Assembly (NCBI RefSeq): GCF_001194135.2
Contig: NC_068982.1
Coordinates: forward strand, 99,075,021 to 99,139,020
Direction of reading: 5' to 3'
DNA: 64,000 nucleotides
Origin: Octopus bimaculoides
Taxonomy: Eukaryota
Below the pieces are notes generated by a model. The model saw nothing but the letters and a program-made list of their open reading frames with translations, did not search any database and had not been told where the DNA came from. Shown piece after piece: positions 51,241-64,000 of the stretch (within the stretch, counting starts at the first letter, position 1; each line of letters begins with the position of its first letter). Made by a program: the position numbers and the translations under genes.

Positions 51241-54039
51241 CATGCTGTACTTAATTTCTCAACACCTAGCATAAATCTGTTCCCTTCTCTACTATAGTTC
51301 CATTCAGTTCAGGAGAATTCTTAGTCTTGTGATCTACATGATCACTAGAGCTGATGTCATGAATAAGGCATTCAATAGAGTCTGTGAAATGGTTGATATT
51401 CAGAAGGGCAACCAATCCACACATAAGAGTATGACACAATCCTCCAATCTGTTAAATCCAGTATAACCATCCAACTTATATGAATATGGAAGACTTATAT
51501 TAAAAGATAATGATGATGATGACAATATGAAGGAAAAATTACAGTGGAATAGGTTTCCTTTTACTTTCCCCACACCCATAGGAGGAGTTGAACTCAGTAT
51601 GGCAAGGAGTGAAAATGTCACTTGGTTTACAGTAGGAGAATTGTTTCTACATTGCAGTACCTATTTATGATGAGGTGGCTGAAGAAGAGTATGGATGTAT
51701 TTATTTATCTATACTCAACAGGGAAGCACATTACCTCAACATGAAAATATGTCATCTTTTAAATAGACAAGCTCTGGCATATTGACAATTCAACTGGTAG
51801 GTGCTGACATATTAACACAAGTTAAAAAGTAAATAATTTTTTACTTGTTTATATAACTCTTGGTTAGTGTTTTTAGGTTAACCTGAGTAAGCTTACCTCT
51901 CCTATACAGCCCAACTACAGTCTTTTCAAATGTTAGAAAAGAATCAATATATTTGTGCAAGAGATGCTGGACCATACCAGTATGCATGAGCAGAATACAA
52001 CTAAACTGTCACTCTGCTTGTATTTTACCAGCTTCTCTGTTACTCTCAAATAATTTAGCTTGAATCCAGGGCTTCAATTACCAGCACAAATTTATGATTC
52101 ACAAGTCAGAGGAAAAATCTCATGAATGAATTCTTTGTATTTCAGTGAAAAGTCATAAATCAATATCATGAGTCATAAATCAACACTGTAATGATTGAAT
52201 TAATTTAAAAATGTATATGTAGTGTTCTCTCTACAGTTTTTACTGCTTATTTTTAGAAAAGCAGGAATACGTATTTGTTTGACATGTTATTAGTTGAACA
52301 TACACACTGCTATACAATAATAATTAATAATTCATTGGAATTACTATTTCATTAACTACTATTTTAGAAGTGGCATATTTTGAAAAGTTATCAAACAGAA
52401 AATAAAACACTGCTTCTTAACAACATAAAATCCCTATTCACAAAAAAGAAAGAAATCTAAATTTTGTATGTAATTAGTCAAGGGAGGAGATTTAATATCC
52501 ATGATCTTTATTGGTCCTTCCAGAGTAGTGAGATTGATGTGATTGAGGATTAGCTTGTAGGTTCATGCCTGCAGGAAAGACATGTATGAGGAGAGAGCTA
52601 AAGGCCTGATATAGATACACAACAGAGTGATCTTTGCCGAGACACTAAAGGATCAGATGATGGGGTTAAACAGAAAAGTACATAAGGCAAATTTACTTAA
52701 GAGCAATTTTTTCAGACTAGTATATTAGAAAAATAATGATAATGAGCATATAAAATTGACAATTTCCAAATATTCTGACATTACAATTCAAAAGTTCAAA
52801 AGTGTTAAGGAATTTATACAAAATCTCTGCGTAAATCACCATTCGATGTTAACACCAAGAAAAAAAGGCACTAGTTTGAAGAAACATTGACAGGTAGAGA
52901 CCAGAAATGGAGAATAGTAAGTAGCAAATTTGGTTGCCAAATATTTATTGTAGTTTTTAGGGATTTCTATTTTGAGAGCAAAATGAATTACAAAGAAAGT
53001 ATTGAACTAATGTGAAATGCTGAAAAGGTTACATAACAGACATTTCTACAAATACAGAAATATTCAGGAAATGCAAAAATATTTTTAACATATCTCAAAT
53101 TGTTATTCTACCACATCCAATGAATAATGAATGCTAAGCTCAATTGTTAGTCCATCTGAATAGCACCCAATGCTATTTCTTTTTATAATTTCTAAAAAAG
53201 TTATAACTTGTAGCATACTACATTTCACCACATTTTAAAAATACAACGAGAACAGGATTTCTCTAATCTTTCCACTGATATCAATTAATCTCTTTCCTGT
53301 AAAACACTAATTCACTCATCTCTGCAAGTTTTTCTATTATTCCTTACTGAAAATACTATATACTGTTAATACTTTGATAAATTAAATGAATAAGCTATGA
53401 ATACATCTTAATCACCAGAGTGCCACTTGTATAAGCACTCATTGCACAGCACTGTAACATTAAAATTTCAGTTCATAGTGTCCTTATTTAGTTCATATTT
53501 ATATACATATAACTTCTATAATATTACTCATTTAAGCTATGTTGGTTAACTTGACATTCTTCATAATTTTCATTTATCATTTTTACTTGACATGACATAT
53601 AGTTGACATCAGTAGTGGCATTCACTAAAGAAACAAAACCTTTGTTACACTGATGAAAAATATGATTAAGTGAACACAACCTATACACACATGGAAAATA
53701 ATTTCAAAGCTAATAAGTTTTTCCACTCTTTTATACAGTTACATGGAAAGACAGCACCTTCACAACTTTTAAATGCGAAGGAGGTGTCTCTCTGGTACTT
53801 ATTTTTGGTGATCTCTATTTGTTAAATCACTAAGTTATGGGACATAAAAGGACACAATACAAACAATAGACTAATGTAAACATACACATACATGCACGCG
53901 TGCACACACACACATACACACTTTCTATAGCTGATCACAAAATCATACAAAATCTGCCTCAACAACATCTGACCTATGCAAGCATGGAGAAAATGGACAA
54001 TGAAAAAATTTCTTTAAACATATATGTGCAGATGTGTAT

Positions 54040-54045
54040 CTGTGT

Positions 54046-54136
<91 letters not shown>
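54040..54136. repeat. (GT)n microsatellite
   Basis: Direct reading. Other dinucleotide tracts lie at ~24497-24552, 30386-30430, 38438-38481, 38912-38974, 44663-44696, 50196-50225 and 62575-62660. Confidence 0.95.
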
Positions 54137-54137
<1 letters not shown>

Positions 54138-54863
54138 ATGTGCAACCATGCCAATGTAGATAGAGAATTCACTTTATTACCACGTAATTTTGAATTCTAT
54201 TTCAGTGTGTAACACCTTGAACAAGTCTCTTCCGCTGTCGTCATTGAGCTGGTAAATGCATTGCAAGTGAAACTGGGAATCAGAAACTGTGTGGGAATTT
54301 GTCGTGTGTGCGTGTGTGCACATGTATATCTGTATCTGTTCACATTGTGACCATGTATAAGAAATGCTGCACCAAAGAAAAACTAACATTATCCTTTATC
54401 TTTTATTTTTTACTTGTTTCAGTCATTAGACTGCAGCCATGCAGGGGAACCACCTTGAAGAATTTTTAGTTGAATGAATTGACCCCAGTACTTAGTTTTG
54501 GTAAGCTTTCTACTTATTCTCTCAGTCTTTTTTGCTGAACCTCTAAGTTACAGGGGAAGATGATATTTCTTATTAAAAAATCATTCAGTAGCTCTGATTT
54601 TGACAAGTGGGAAAAAAAAGACCATTTCTTGCAAAGCAAGTAAGAGTTAGCAACAGGAAGGACAGCCAGCTGTAAAACAAAACCCCAACTTATATTTGTC
54701 CAACCCATGCTAGCATGGAAAAATGGGCATAAAATGAATCAATGATCAAACATGATAAACTCCTACAAAGTTTCTGCCTATCAAATTCTTCTCACAAGAT
54801 ATTGGTCAACTTGTGGCTATGGTTACAAATGTAACAACCACTCAGTACCAAGTGTTAAATTAA

Positions 54864-55086
54864 CCCTTTAGCATTTAAACCAGCCATGTTCAGCCCAAAT
54901 ATTCTCCCTGTTTTATGTTCAAAACCAGCCAGGTCCAGCCTTTCACACCCATCCTACAATGTCATTCTAAAAATAAACAATATCACATCACTGAAAACTC
55001 AAAGCTATGAGATAATGCAAGATTAATTCAAAACAATGTGAATAAATAAACATTACATTTGATGGAATAATCTGAATGCTAAAGAG
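54864..55086 (-). mobile_element. piggyBac-like MITE, copy 2
   Basis: TTAA flanks (54860-54863, 55087-55090). TIRs CCCTTTAGCATT and revcomp CTCTTTAGCATT; 223 bp with no ORF. Confidence 0.75.
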
Positions 55087-55426
55087 TTAAAGCTATTCTA
55101 ATTCAAACAGATATGTTTCATATTTCCACAAATATATTTGGGAATCGATTCCCAGGGTTCACAATTCTCAATAGTTTTTAATGTATAATAATGATATTTT
55201 TCATTCAGTTTAACTTAGGATGGATGTAATGCTAATATTACACAACCACAAGGATTTTGTGTGTGTGTGTGTGTGTGTATTTTGTTGTTCCCGCCCCACT
55301 TTCCCCCAACACACTATCCTAATGGCAAGATACACAAGCATCTTCAATAATCCCAATTTGTAGTTCTTGACTATTTTATCAAAACAGCAAAGAATTTCTC
55401 TACATAACTTGGCACTATTGAATACC

Positions 55427-55643
55427 TTCTCTTTTACTCTTTTACTTGTTTCAGTCATTTGACTGTGGCCATGCTGGAGCACCGCCTTTAGCCGAGCAAA
55501 TCGACCCTAGGACTTATTCTTTGGATGCCTAGTACTTATTCTATCGGTCTCTTTTGCCGAACCGCTAAGTTACGGGGACGTAAACACACCACCATCGGTT
55601 GTCAAGCGATGTTGGGGGGACAAACACAGACACACAAACATAT

Positions 55644-55696
<53 letters not shown>

Positions 55697-55869
55697 CATA
55701 TATACGACAGGCTTCTTTCAGTTTCCGTCTACCAAATCCACTCACAAGGCTTTGGTCGGCCCGAGGCTATAGTAGAAGACACTTGCCCAAGGTGCCACAC
55801 AGTGGGACTGAACCCAGAACCATGTGGTTGGTAAGCAAGCTACTTACCACACAGCCACTCCTGCGCCTA
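55427..55869 (-). mobile_element. tRNA-derived SINE with an internal (TA/CA)n tract, well preserved
   Basis: Minus-strand head taggcgcaggagtggctgtgtggtaag…gggttcagtccc (A-box/B-box), a CpG-retaining body, an internal microsatellite and an (AGTAAA)-type tail. Confidence 0.9.
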
Positions 55870-56769
55870 TATACTTCCCATATATTCATTTACAACAGTA
55901 GAAAATAAGGCAGTTATAGTTCTAACTGCGGTTCTCTCTTTTAGGTTATTAATAAAATTTTTGTTGAGCAATCTAGTCACACTATACTCATTTTAAGATT
56001 TTATTAAGCAGTAACATAGTTTACTTCTTTATGGGAAAGACACGCACAAACGCACGTACACAACTTTATCATTTATTTCTCTGAATTATAATTTCTTTCT
56101 TTCTCTGTTCAATGCTAGCTGCAAAAACAATGTAAACTTTGAAATTAATGTTTTGCTGTTGACTTTTATTATTTTTTCAGTGAATGCTTTGCTAAAACTT
56201 TTTTATTTATTTATTTATATCATAATTAAAAAATATATATTAAAAAAAACTTATACAATATCATGTAAAGTAATCACTGACTTTATTTAGTAATCACTAA
56301 AACTGGAATGAATTAAAATACCATTCTAATCTTCATGTTATAAGAGCAAAATATATATAATTTACAAAAAAAGAATATTTCATTGGTATAATAATTTGCA
56401 TAATCGAAAACATTGTATTCTTTAATAATACATCAAATTATCTGTATAATAGTCCTGCAGCCTTGTGGTTATTATACTTGTTTAGGAACCGATTTAGTAG
56501 TTTAATAAAAATCAGCAAAATAGATGGTTCAAACTATGTGTGTGATTAGTCTCATTTGGGGGTGTTCTTGTTTTTTGCTCTTTATAGATAAACTGTTTTA
56601 TGAAATAAAATTGAGACAAACATAACCTGTATGAAAGTGCAACTGTTTTAAATGCACTCTCATTAAAAAAATGAAGTTAAAAATTTGCTTATCAATTTAT
56701 CTGAGAAAATAATTTGTTACGAGTAGCATAACTTGCTATGAGTAACACTTTATAAAATAAAAAAAATAC

Positions 56770-56841
56770 CTGATTCATTTTTTCTGTAAGGCTCCAACAA
56801 ACGGTTCCTTTTCTTTTCATATCCTTTCTGGGTAATATCAC
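56770..56841 (-). CDS. DIP2: DIP2 (disco-interacting protein 2 homolog) coding exon, DMAP1-binding domain; probably exon 2
   Basis: Minus strand reads tttttcttttttatctag|GTGATATTACC…GAATCAG|gtattt. The 72-nt, phase 1-1 exon encodes (G)DITQKGYEKKRNRLLEPYRKNES. GDITQKGYEKKR is the hallmark motif of the DIP2 N-terminal DMAP1-binding domain; from recall, vertebrate DIP2 exon 2 is also 72 nt and starts at the same Gly. Confidence 0.95.
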
Positions 56842-59800
56842 CTAGATAAAAAAGAAAAAAAAAAAATTAAGAAATGGACTTAAATTATGATATATGTATA
56901 CATATATTGTAATTATTATTTCACCATTCATGAATACAACATTATTATAATCTAGTTACAGCTGGTGAACATTCAGCACTGTTCAATTTTTAAAAGTTTG
57001 GCATGAAGTCAACAAGTTCACATGAACAAAAGAAAATATGCTTTGGAGGAAATCAATGTCGCCAATTTTTAAAAGTTTTTCAAAGAATAAGCTAATTTTA
57101 AACTGTTATTCTTTATTGTATTTTATTGAAAGAAAGAAAGCTGACTAGCCATTAGGGTTTGGTTCAAATATACTAATTACATGATTCCAGCTTACAATCA
57201 GGGTTTACTTTATAATTCAATTTGAATGTAACCTCTAGGAAGTTGTATATAATTTTCTTTTTTCAGTATGAATTGTGTGGGTATTTAAATGTACACATGT
57301 GTGCGGTTACACCAATTATTTTTTTTTTTATTAGATTATCAAATTTAAAACATACTAAAACATACTGATTTTGATTCAAGCTTAGTATAATTAGTTATAT
57401 AATGACAAAATTTCAAATTTAACAGAAGTTAATTTGATTGTTAAATGCACAGAGAAAATCCAAATCAGATTTTCAGGCTTTTACGAAAGAGGATTTGGTA
57501 GAAGCACTGCTGTTCCCATAAACCGCTAGTAAATTTTGATTTCAACATTTTTGATTTTACTCCTGTTCAAAGCTTGTTTAACAAATTATGTAGGGATAAA
57601 CTTTTCAGTCAAACATCTTTAAATTTAAGATTTTGATTTGGTTGCACAGCTATGATGCTAACATTCAAACAAAACAATAATTACTTGTTTAGGTAAGCTA
57701 CAAAGTAAATTTTTAGCCTCAAGGTGTATAATCAATTGAACTGACTAAATACATTACTGGTGCTTACTTTATTAACCTCATAATGATGAAAGATTAAGTC
57801 AATTATAGCTGCAGACCAACTACTGTAATGGATTCATCTGATGCTCTACAATAGCAACCAACATACTATTTTGAAAAGACACTTTTATAAGAATGATAGT
57901 GATTCTTTGTTTTGTGCAAATATTATAGCATTGTTCAATATTATATTGCCCTTTCTTGTACAATGTAATGGCTATCACCTGACTAATACAAAAACTATTT
58001 CAACCATTGATGAAACAGTTTTAAACAACTAACTGTAAAATAGTTAGAATGTGATTATACATATCTATTATAGCAGATAGAGATAGCTTCAAAAGAGAAA
58101 ATGTGACTGCAAGAGAAGAGAGTTATAAAAAAAAAGACAATGAAACAAAGCAAGGGTGAGATGGTACTAAAAGAACATTTTGACAAGCCTTTTTTTTTTA
58201 AATGCATTATGGTATTTATTCTCACTCTAATCAGAGCTAGTGAATTTACAATTTTGACTAAGTTGGCTTAGACAGCTTCTACAGTTGAACATACACCCAC
58301 TAAACATTCTGTTAACAAAAGTCACAGATTTGGGCTGGAGATGATAGACAGTCATCTCTTTTGGTACCCACAACCCAAGTGCCACCACAAAAGATTAAAG
58401 CTAAATTAATGATAGCGTGGTCGAAAATTTCTGCTGAATATCGACTCGAGTACAAACAATAGTAGCTTAATATAAACATAACATGGTAATTGCCTCACTG
58501 ATCTACTGCACATGTGCAAACAGAATATTATTCTCAGGTACCAGTTGTCAAATGCTATGAACAATGGAGATTCTCATTTCATAAATACCATCTTTCATAA
58601 TAATAGTTAAGAGGGCAACAAGGCCAACCCAACAGTCATCTCTCCTCCACTCATCATCCCTTTAATGTCTCACCTCTCTGATGTGATATAAAACCCTCCA
58701 CTCCAGAGCTTCAACCTTCTGGTATTACCTCTCTACCCTCATTTATCATGTATGATGTAACTTGCAGATGTTATAACTTGAACATCAACTGCATCAATCT
58801 GGTTGTGTCTGCAAGGTTTATAAGTATTGCTTTCCCTTCTCTGACGAATAAATTAAAATTTATTTAAAAAAAATCAGCTGGTAGCAAGAAAAAAACCCAA
58901 CCAACAAAATTCCTAACTTCTGTAGTTAAATGTCATTGACTGCTCAATTATGAAACCAATTTATAAAACCACAGTTTCCTATCTTAACCCACCTTAAAAC
59001 ATTCTTTAGCTTATCCAATATGTACTAGATCAACATTGAACAGGTACAAGTACACCTCGATGCATTCAAGAACAAGAGTAGGAAACATCTAGTTGATCTC
59101 TGGGAAGAACAAATGCCAAATGCCACTTTTTTAAAATACAGGACTATCTTCTCTGTTTGCACTTGTTTCTTAGGAAAACCTGTCTGCAGCCACCAAAGCA
59201 CTCTTGCTGATCTGGTCATAATTAAAACATGTTCAGCATGTGGTTTAGTGAAAAGCATTTCAGTCTAAACTGACACAGATACAGCACTGAGTCTTCAGTA
59301 AATTAAGATTACTCTACGTTTGATTCATTTCTCAGGTTATTATATTGTTGCTGTCAGAAAATCATCTTTACTCAAAGGTCTCATGAATTTGTTTGCAGTT
59401 GCAAAGCTGTGAAACATATGGAAATACTAATAAACTGAAAAAACAACAGCAGCATCTGTTCCAGCATAAATACCTGTTGATAACACAGTATACATCATAA
59501 GACATTTTCACTTATGAGGATGGGGACTGGGGATGGAAATTAGTGAGAATAAACATTCTCTGCAATGATTTATTTCCATACAAACCATTACCTCACCTAC
59601 CTTGTAAAGCAAGATACTGTTACTCTGAACATTTTGAAAAGAATTTTGAAGAATGAAGATGGCAAAGATAAAATCAACTCCACTGTTAAAAAAGTTAACT
59701 AAACCCATTCTCATAGCCTGCTATGTAATGTTACTAACTGTAAAAACCATTTAAAGTTTCTTCTTCTCTCTCTCTCACACACCCACCTGAACACACTCTC

Positions 59801-59979
59801 TCTCTCACTCACTGTCAAGTTTTTATTTTTGTTTGTTCATTTGTTTTTAACAGAAATAGTTTTAAAAATTTTATTAAGACACTAAGAAAGTGTGGAGAGA
59901 AACATCACAACAAAATAGAAAATTTATGGAAACTTAGTAACTCTGGTATAAAATTTGGAAAGAATAAGTAATTATAATT

Positions 59980-60260
59980 ACTAGTGACAGAAGAAGTATT
60001 AATACCGAAAGGTACTGTTTACCACAAGAGAACCTTTCATATGGACTTGTGGTGCATAAATGCATTCATGTTTATAACACTGTCAGGCAATAACTGTCCA
60101 CTGCAGCTGTTGGAACTGCAAAATCACATGATTTCACCCTCCTCAATGGCAAGCATCCCACTAAACACAGCCACTTTTAGTGAAAGATAAATAATACCTT
60201 TTGGTATTAATATTGCTTCTGTCCCTATTATTTTTTTTAATAGACCCACTGGCTACTTGT
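59980..60260 (+). mobile_element. Possible decayed Ty3/Gypsy RT remnant
   Basis: Fragments DLWCIN and IIPFGINIAS loosely recall the LR.C.D and .PFG…A motifs. Heavily degenerate. Confidence 0.2.
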
Positions 60261-61250
60261 GACACCAGTGCCTGAGTAGACACTGAGATTCTATATATCA
60301 CAGACAGGGAAATCAGCTGCTATGTCCAGTGGGACATCTGACATTGAGAAACCCATGGAAGGGTAAAATCATGTGCTCTAGCAGTTCTGGCAGCTGCAGC
60401 AGCTGGTCATCACCTATCAGCTATATAAACAGGAGTGCTTTCATGCACCACAAGTCTATATGAAAAGTCCTTTCATGGTACATAATGCAGTATTCTGTGT
60501 CCTAACACAACACCCACATTTAGTGGATGATAAATGTAATAATGTTCAATTAATAAAACTAAAAAGTAAAACAACCCAGTTTTCCTTCAATGCTGATCAA
60601 ATTTGATGGTAAACTATATTGTCTCATTTTTATCAAGATTTGATAATTTTATCACTATCAAAATGATAAAATTAACTAGACAAATATATCCAAAGAAAAA
60701 ATATTGAAAAAATGTTTCTCAGTGTTTATTAATGTTAACTATGAAAATCATAGAAGACTTTGTAAAGAAAGAGTGTTTATATATTGCAGGAATATAGTAA
60801 AGTAAAATAATTAATTTGATGGTATTTTGAAATGATTAGTATTCAAAACAAACAATAGTAATAAACCTCACTATTTAGTGTTGACATTAAGTAAAAATTA
60901 GCAGTCATAATTATTTAGTGGTGTTGCATCAAGCCAATGCTAAGCATTTTATTTTCTCCCACACCCAAATACATATGATATTGATCATACTGTAAACATA
61001 TCTTACCAAAATATCTAAACACCACTGCTTTAAGATTAAACTTATATTTAAAAAAGAAATATAGATTTAGCACATAAACAAAAAATGCTTCTAGCTTCAT
61101 GATATATGTAAACCGGTATTTTTCTTCAGTCACAGAGTAGTACCAGGCTGTGTGAATCATTTGGTATCAGCTACACAGAAAGAATACATTTCAAGAATTA
61201 AAAAAAATTTTATTGACCATCGCAGTCTGTTGGGTGTTTTTACATTATAT

Positions 61251-61635
61251 CATTTACTTGTTTCAGTCATTAGACCAAGGCCATGCTGGGACACTGCCTT
61301 GAAGAATTTTATTCAAACGAATCAACCCCAGTACTTATGTTGTTGAAGCTGGATACTTATTCTATCGGTCTCTTTTGTCAAACTGCTAAGTTATGTGGGA
61401 ATGTAAGCACACCAACACTAGTTGTCAAGTGGTGGTGAGGAATAAATACAGGCATAAACACATACACATTCACAAAAAGCTTCTTTCAGTTTTTGTCAGC
61501 CAAATCCACTCACAAAGCTTTGGTTGGTCTGAGGCTATAGTGGAAGACACTTGCCCAATGTGCTGTGCAGTGAAATTGAACCCAGAACTATGTGGCTGGG
61601 AAGCAAACTTCTTAACACACACCCATGCCTGCATC
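61251..61635 (-). mobile_element. Older copy of the same tRNA-SINE family
   Basis: Colinear with 55427-55869. Further partial copies lie at ~29010-29190, 30950-31135, 54400-54560 and 63250-63450 (same orientation) and 43279-43450 (opposite). Confidence 0.8.
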
Positions 61636-62573
61636 TATACATGTATTATATATGTGATGTAATAATTAAATTATATATTATGTATTTTCTTATGCTTCAT
61701 CATGCACATGAACCCCAGTCTGTGGAAAATTTATCTTGTATGAAATCAATCCATGGTACCAAAACAGGTTGAGGACAGCTGCACTATATAATTAGCAACA
61801 TAAGCCAAATGGAAAGCTTATTAACAACCTCTAAACCAGATCCTTCCTAAAAAACTTACATGTCTTTAAAAAAAAGCAGTGTTTGTGTATTTTAAGACCA
61901 TGATTACATAACTCTACATCATATACTATCTACTTCTGTAGAGATGAATAGGTTTAAACAACAGCAACAAAAACAACTCATGAACATCAAGTCATTTCAA
62001 ACTAAATTCTTCTTTTTACAATTTCATTACTAAATCAATTTCAATTACAACAATTTTTTTTTCTTTATTTGAATGAAAGGGTTTTGTTAAATAGAAACAC
62101 CGATGTTAACTATTTGATTTTCTGACATGAGCTAACACAAAATAGTAACTTCTTTATCGGATAATAGATAAATGTATTGATAGTTTTACTGCTGTGTAGA
62201 CTGAACTCTGTAATGGGATAAGGCCACAAATATGCAACAGCTGCCAATGCTGTCCTGATTAAGGTTATACAAACTTCTAAATAATCTAACTCAAAAGTAT
62301 GAAAATAACATGCTAAATTATAAGAGAGTATTGTAGTTCGCTTGAAGCATTGTGTATTGTTTGTAAAGAATAAAAAGTTTTGAATGGTACAACAATACAC
62401 TATAATACAAACAATGGGCTATATACCTGTTGGGATTTAGTCATCCATAGTCTGATAATTGTATTTCACATTCAAAATATTTGAATTTTAAAAACAAAGT
62501 GAAATAATTTCAGTAGAATTTATCTTTTTTCTTTTTTGCCTGAATAAATTTGATCACTTAAAAGATTACACGC

Positions 62574-62611
<38 letters not shown>

Positions 62612-62621
62612 NNNNNNNNNN

Positions 62622-62663
<42 letters not shown>

Positions 62664-63246
62664 AGGGCGTACTGACTGGCATTTCTGGACCATAGAATAG
62701 TAGGATCTGAAATGAGGACGTGAACACTAATACCTCTAATTAAGGGTTCTGCTCTCTACAGTTGACTCACACTCTCAATCATAAACATAACTCTCCAGTT
62801 ATTAGTGTCACAAAGCAATTTTGCAAACATTATTTGCCTTTAAGTTGATTAATTAAAACTTCACTCCTTTTAAAGCAGATCACATCCTTTTGAAGTAGAT
62901 CACAAAGTCTAGCATTAGACTAAAGACAGTGTCAAATTATCTATAGGCTACATCAGAGAGAACTATTATGGTGTAAAGTGTATGCAGCCAAAGAATGCTT
63001 TACTCACAGCTATCACTTATTCATCTTCTTCTTCATCATCATCATTTTAACATCCACTTTTCCACACATGCATTGGTCACACAGAGTTTAGGGCAAATTT
63101 TCTACAGACAGATACTCTTACAACTGTCAACCCTTACCTTTTTCTAAGCAAGGTAACATTTTCCCATAGTCAGACATATTCTCAGAGAATATTAGAAATG
63201 AATGACATCCATTTTTGCAACAATCACACAATGTCAAGACAACAGG

Positions 63247-63284
<38 letters not shown>

Positions 63285-64000
63285 TCATGACAAGTTTCTT
63301 TCAGTTTCTGTCTATGAAATCCACTCACAAGACTTTGGTGGGCCCAGGGCTATAGTAGAAGACACATGTCCAAGGTGCCATTCAATGGGACTGTACCCAA
63401 AAGGATATGGTTAGGAAACAAACTTCTTAACCACAGCTATGACTGTACCTCGACTTGAAATAATGTGCGCATCAATTTATTTACATATATGTATATACAC
63501 AAGTGTGTGAAAAACACACAGACAGAAACTTAATCAGTGTCATATGGCATATCATGATTTTATCACTAAATTTGTCATGGCAACCCTATTTCTAACTCTA
63601 AACTATGACCTTTTGTTATGCATAAAACCTCAATTATGCTATACAACTGTCATCATACTTTCATTTTGAGAAATTGAAACAAACTGAAAATAACATGTTT
63701 GCCTGAAAGGCTTCTCTCTAACCCATTATATACTGCTTTTAGTCATTAGAAGAATGTAATGAAATTATATGATCACATGTCTCATCTATAGAGCTAGAGT
63801 TATATACAATAATACAAAATATTGAAAGTATCAGAACTTGTGACCAACTAATTTTTTGGAATGCAATGGTCTGTATTTCTTTCAATAGTTACATTCATCA
63901 TTTTGGCACCATTCCTTGTTGATATGCTATTTAGAATATCTTGCAGTCTATATAAATTACATTTTTTTTTTTTTTTGAAAAAAAAAAACATTATAGCAGT

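Larger units (their letters stand above)
15577..56769 (-). other. DIP2: Large DIP2 intron (~41.2 kb, GT..AG), TE-rich
   Basis: Bounded by the donor at 56769 and the acceptor at 15577 of two phase-compatible DIP2 exons. It may be split by a cassette exon (37861-37950). Confidence 0.75.

Noticed and set aside
53900-54212. CV/HT-repeat ORFs
   Set aside because: They are translated (GT)n microsatellite.
58600-58860. Solo-LTR-like stretch with TATA-like and AATAAA motifs
   Set aside because: No TG…CA ends, TSD or second copy could be identified.

Overview
AT-rich animal genomic DNA with about 1.3 kb of N gaps. The repeat families look like those of Octopus (recalled from familiarity, not searched). 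The window is almost entirely intronic sequence of one minus-strand gene, DIP2 (disco-interacting protein 2). Two coding exons are recognisable: 56770-56841 (GDITQKGYEKKRNRLLEPY, DMAP1-binding domain) and 15481-15576 (…QRRAHRRLTREDNRYHS). They are phase-compatible and separated by a ~41.2 kb intron. Exon 1 and the following EAVQ..AL exon were not found and probably lie outside the window. The rest is transposable-element debris: two hAT elements with TIRs and 8-bp TSDs, a DD34D mariner with a nested RTE fragment, a DD37D (maT-like) element, piggyBac-like MITEs, Penelope-like RT/GIY-YIG fragments, young RTE LINE 3' ends, decayed L1/Tx1-like LINEs, several tRNA-derived SINE families and many microsatellites. 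The most unusual signal is at 21.29-21.62 kb: a hammerhead-ribozyme core with a long structured stem II and a palindromic stem III but no clear stem I, next to a ~60-bp-arm hairpin and a Penelope-like RT. Also notable are a candidate in-frame 90-nt DIP2 cassette exon and a near-identical inverted RTE pair that could form dsRNA. No CRISPR array, rRNA or genuine tRNA gene is supported. Coordinates of decayed repeats are approximate.
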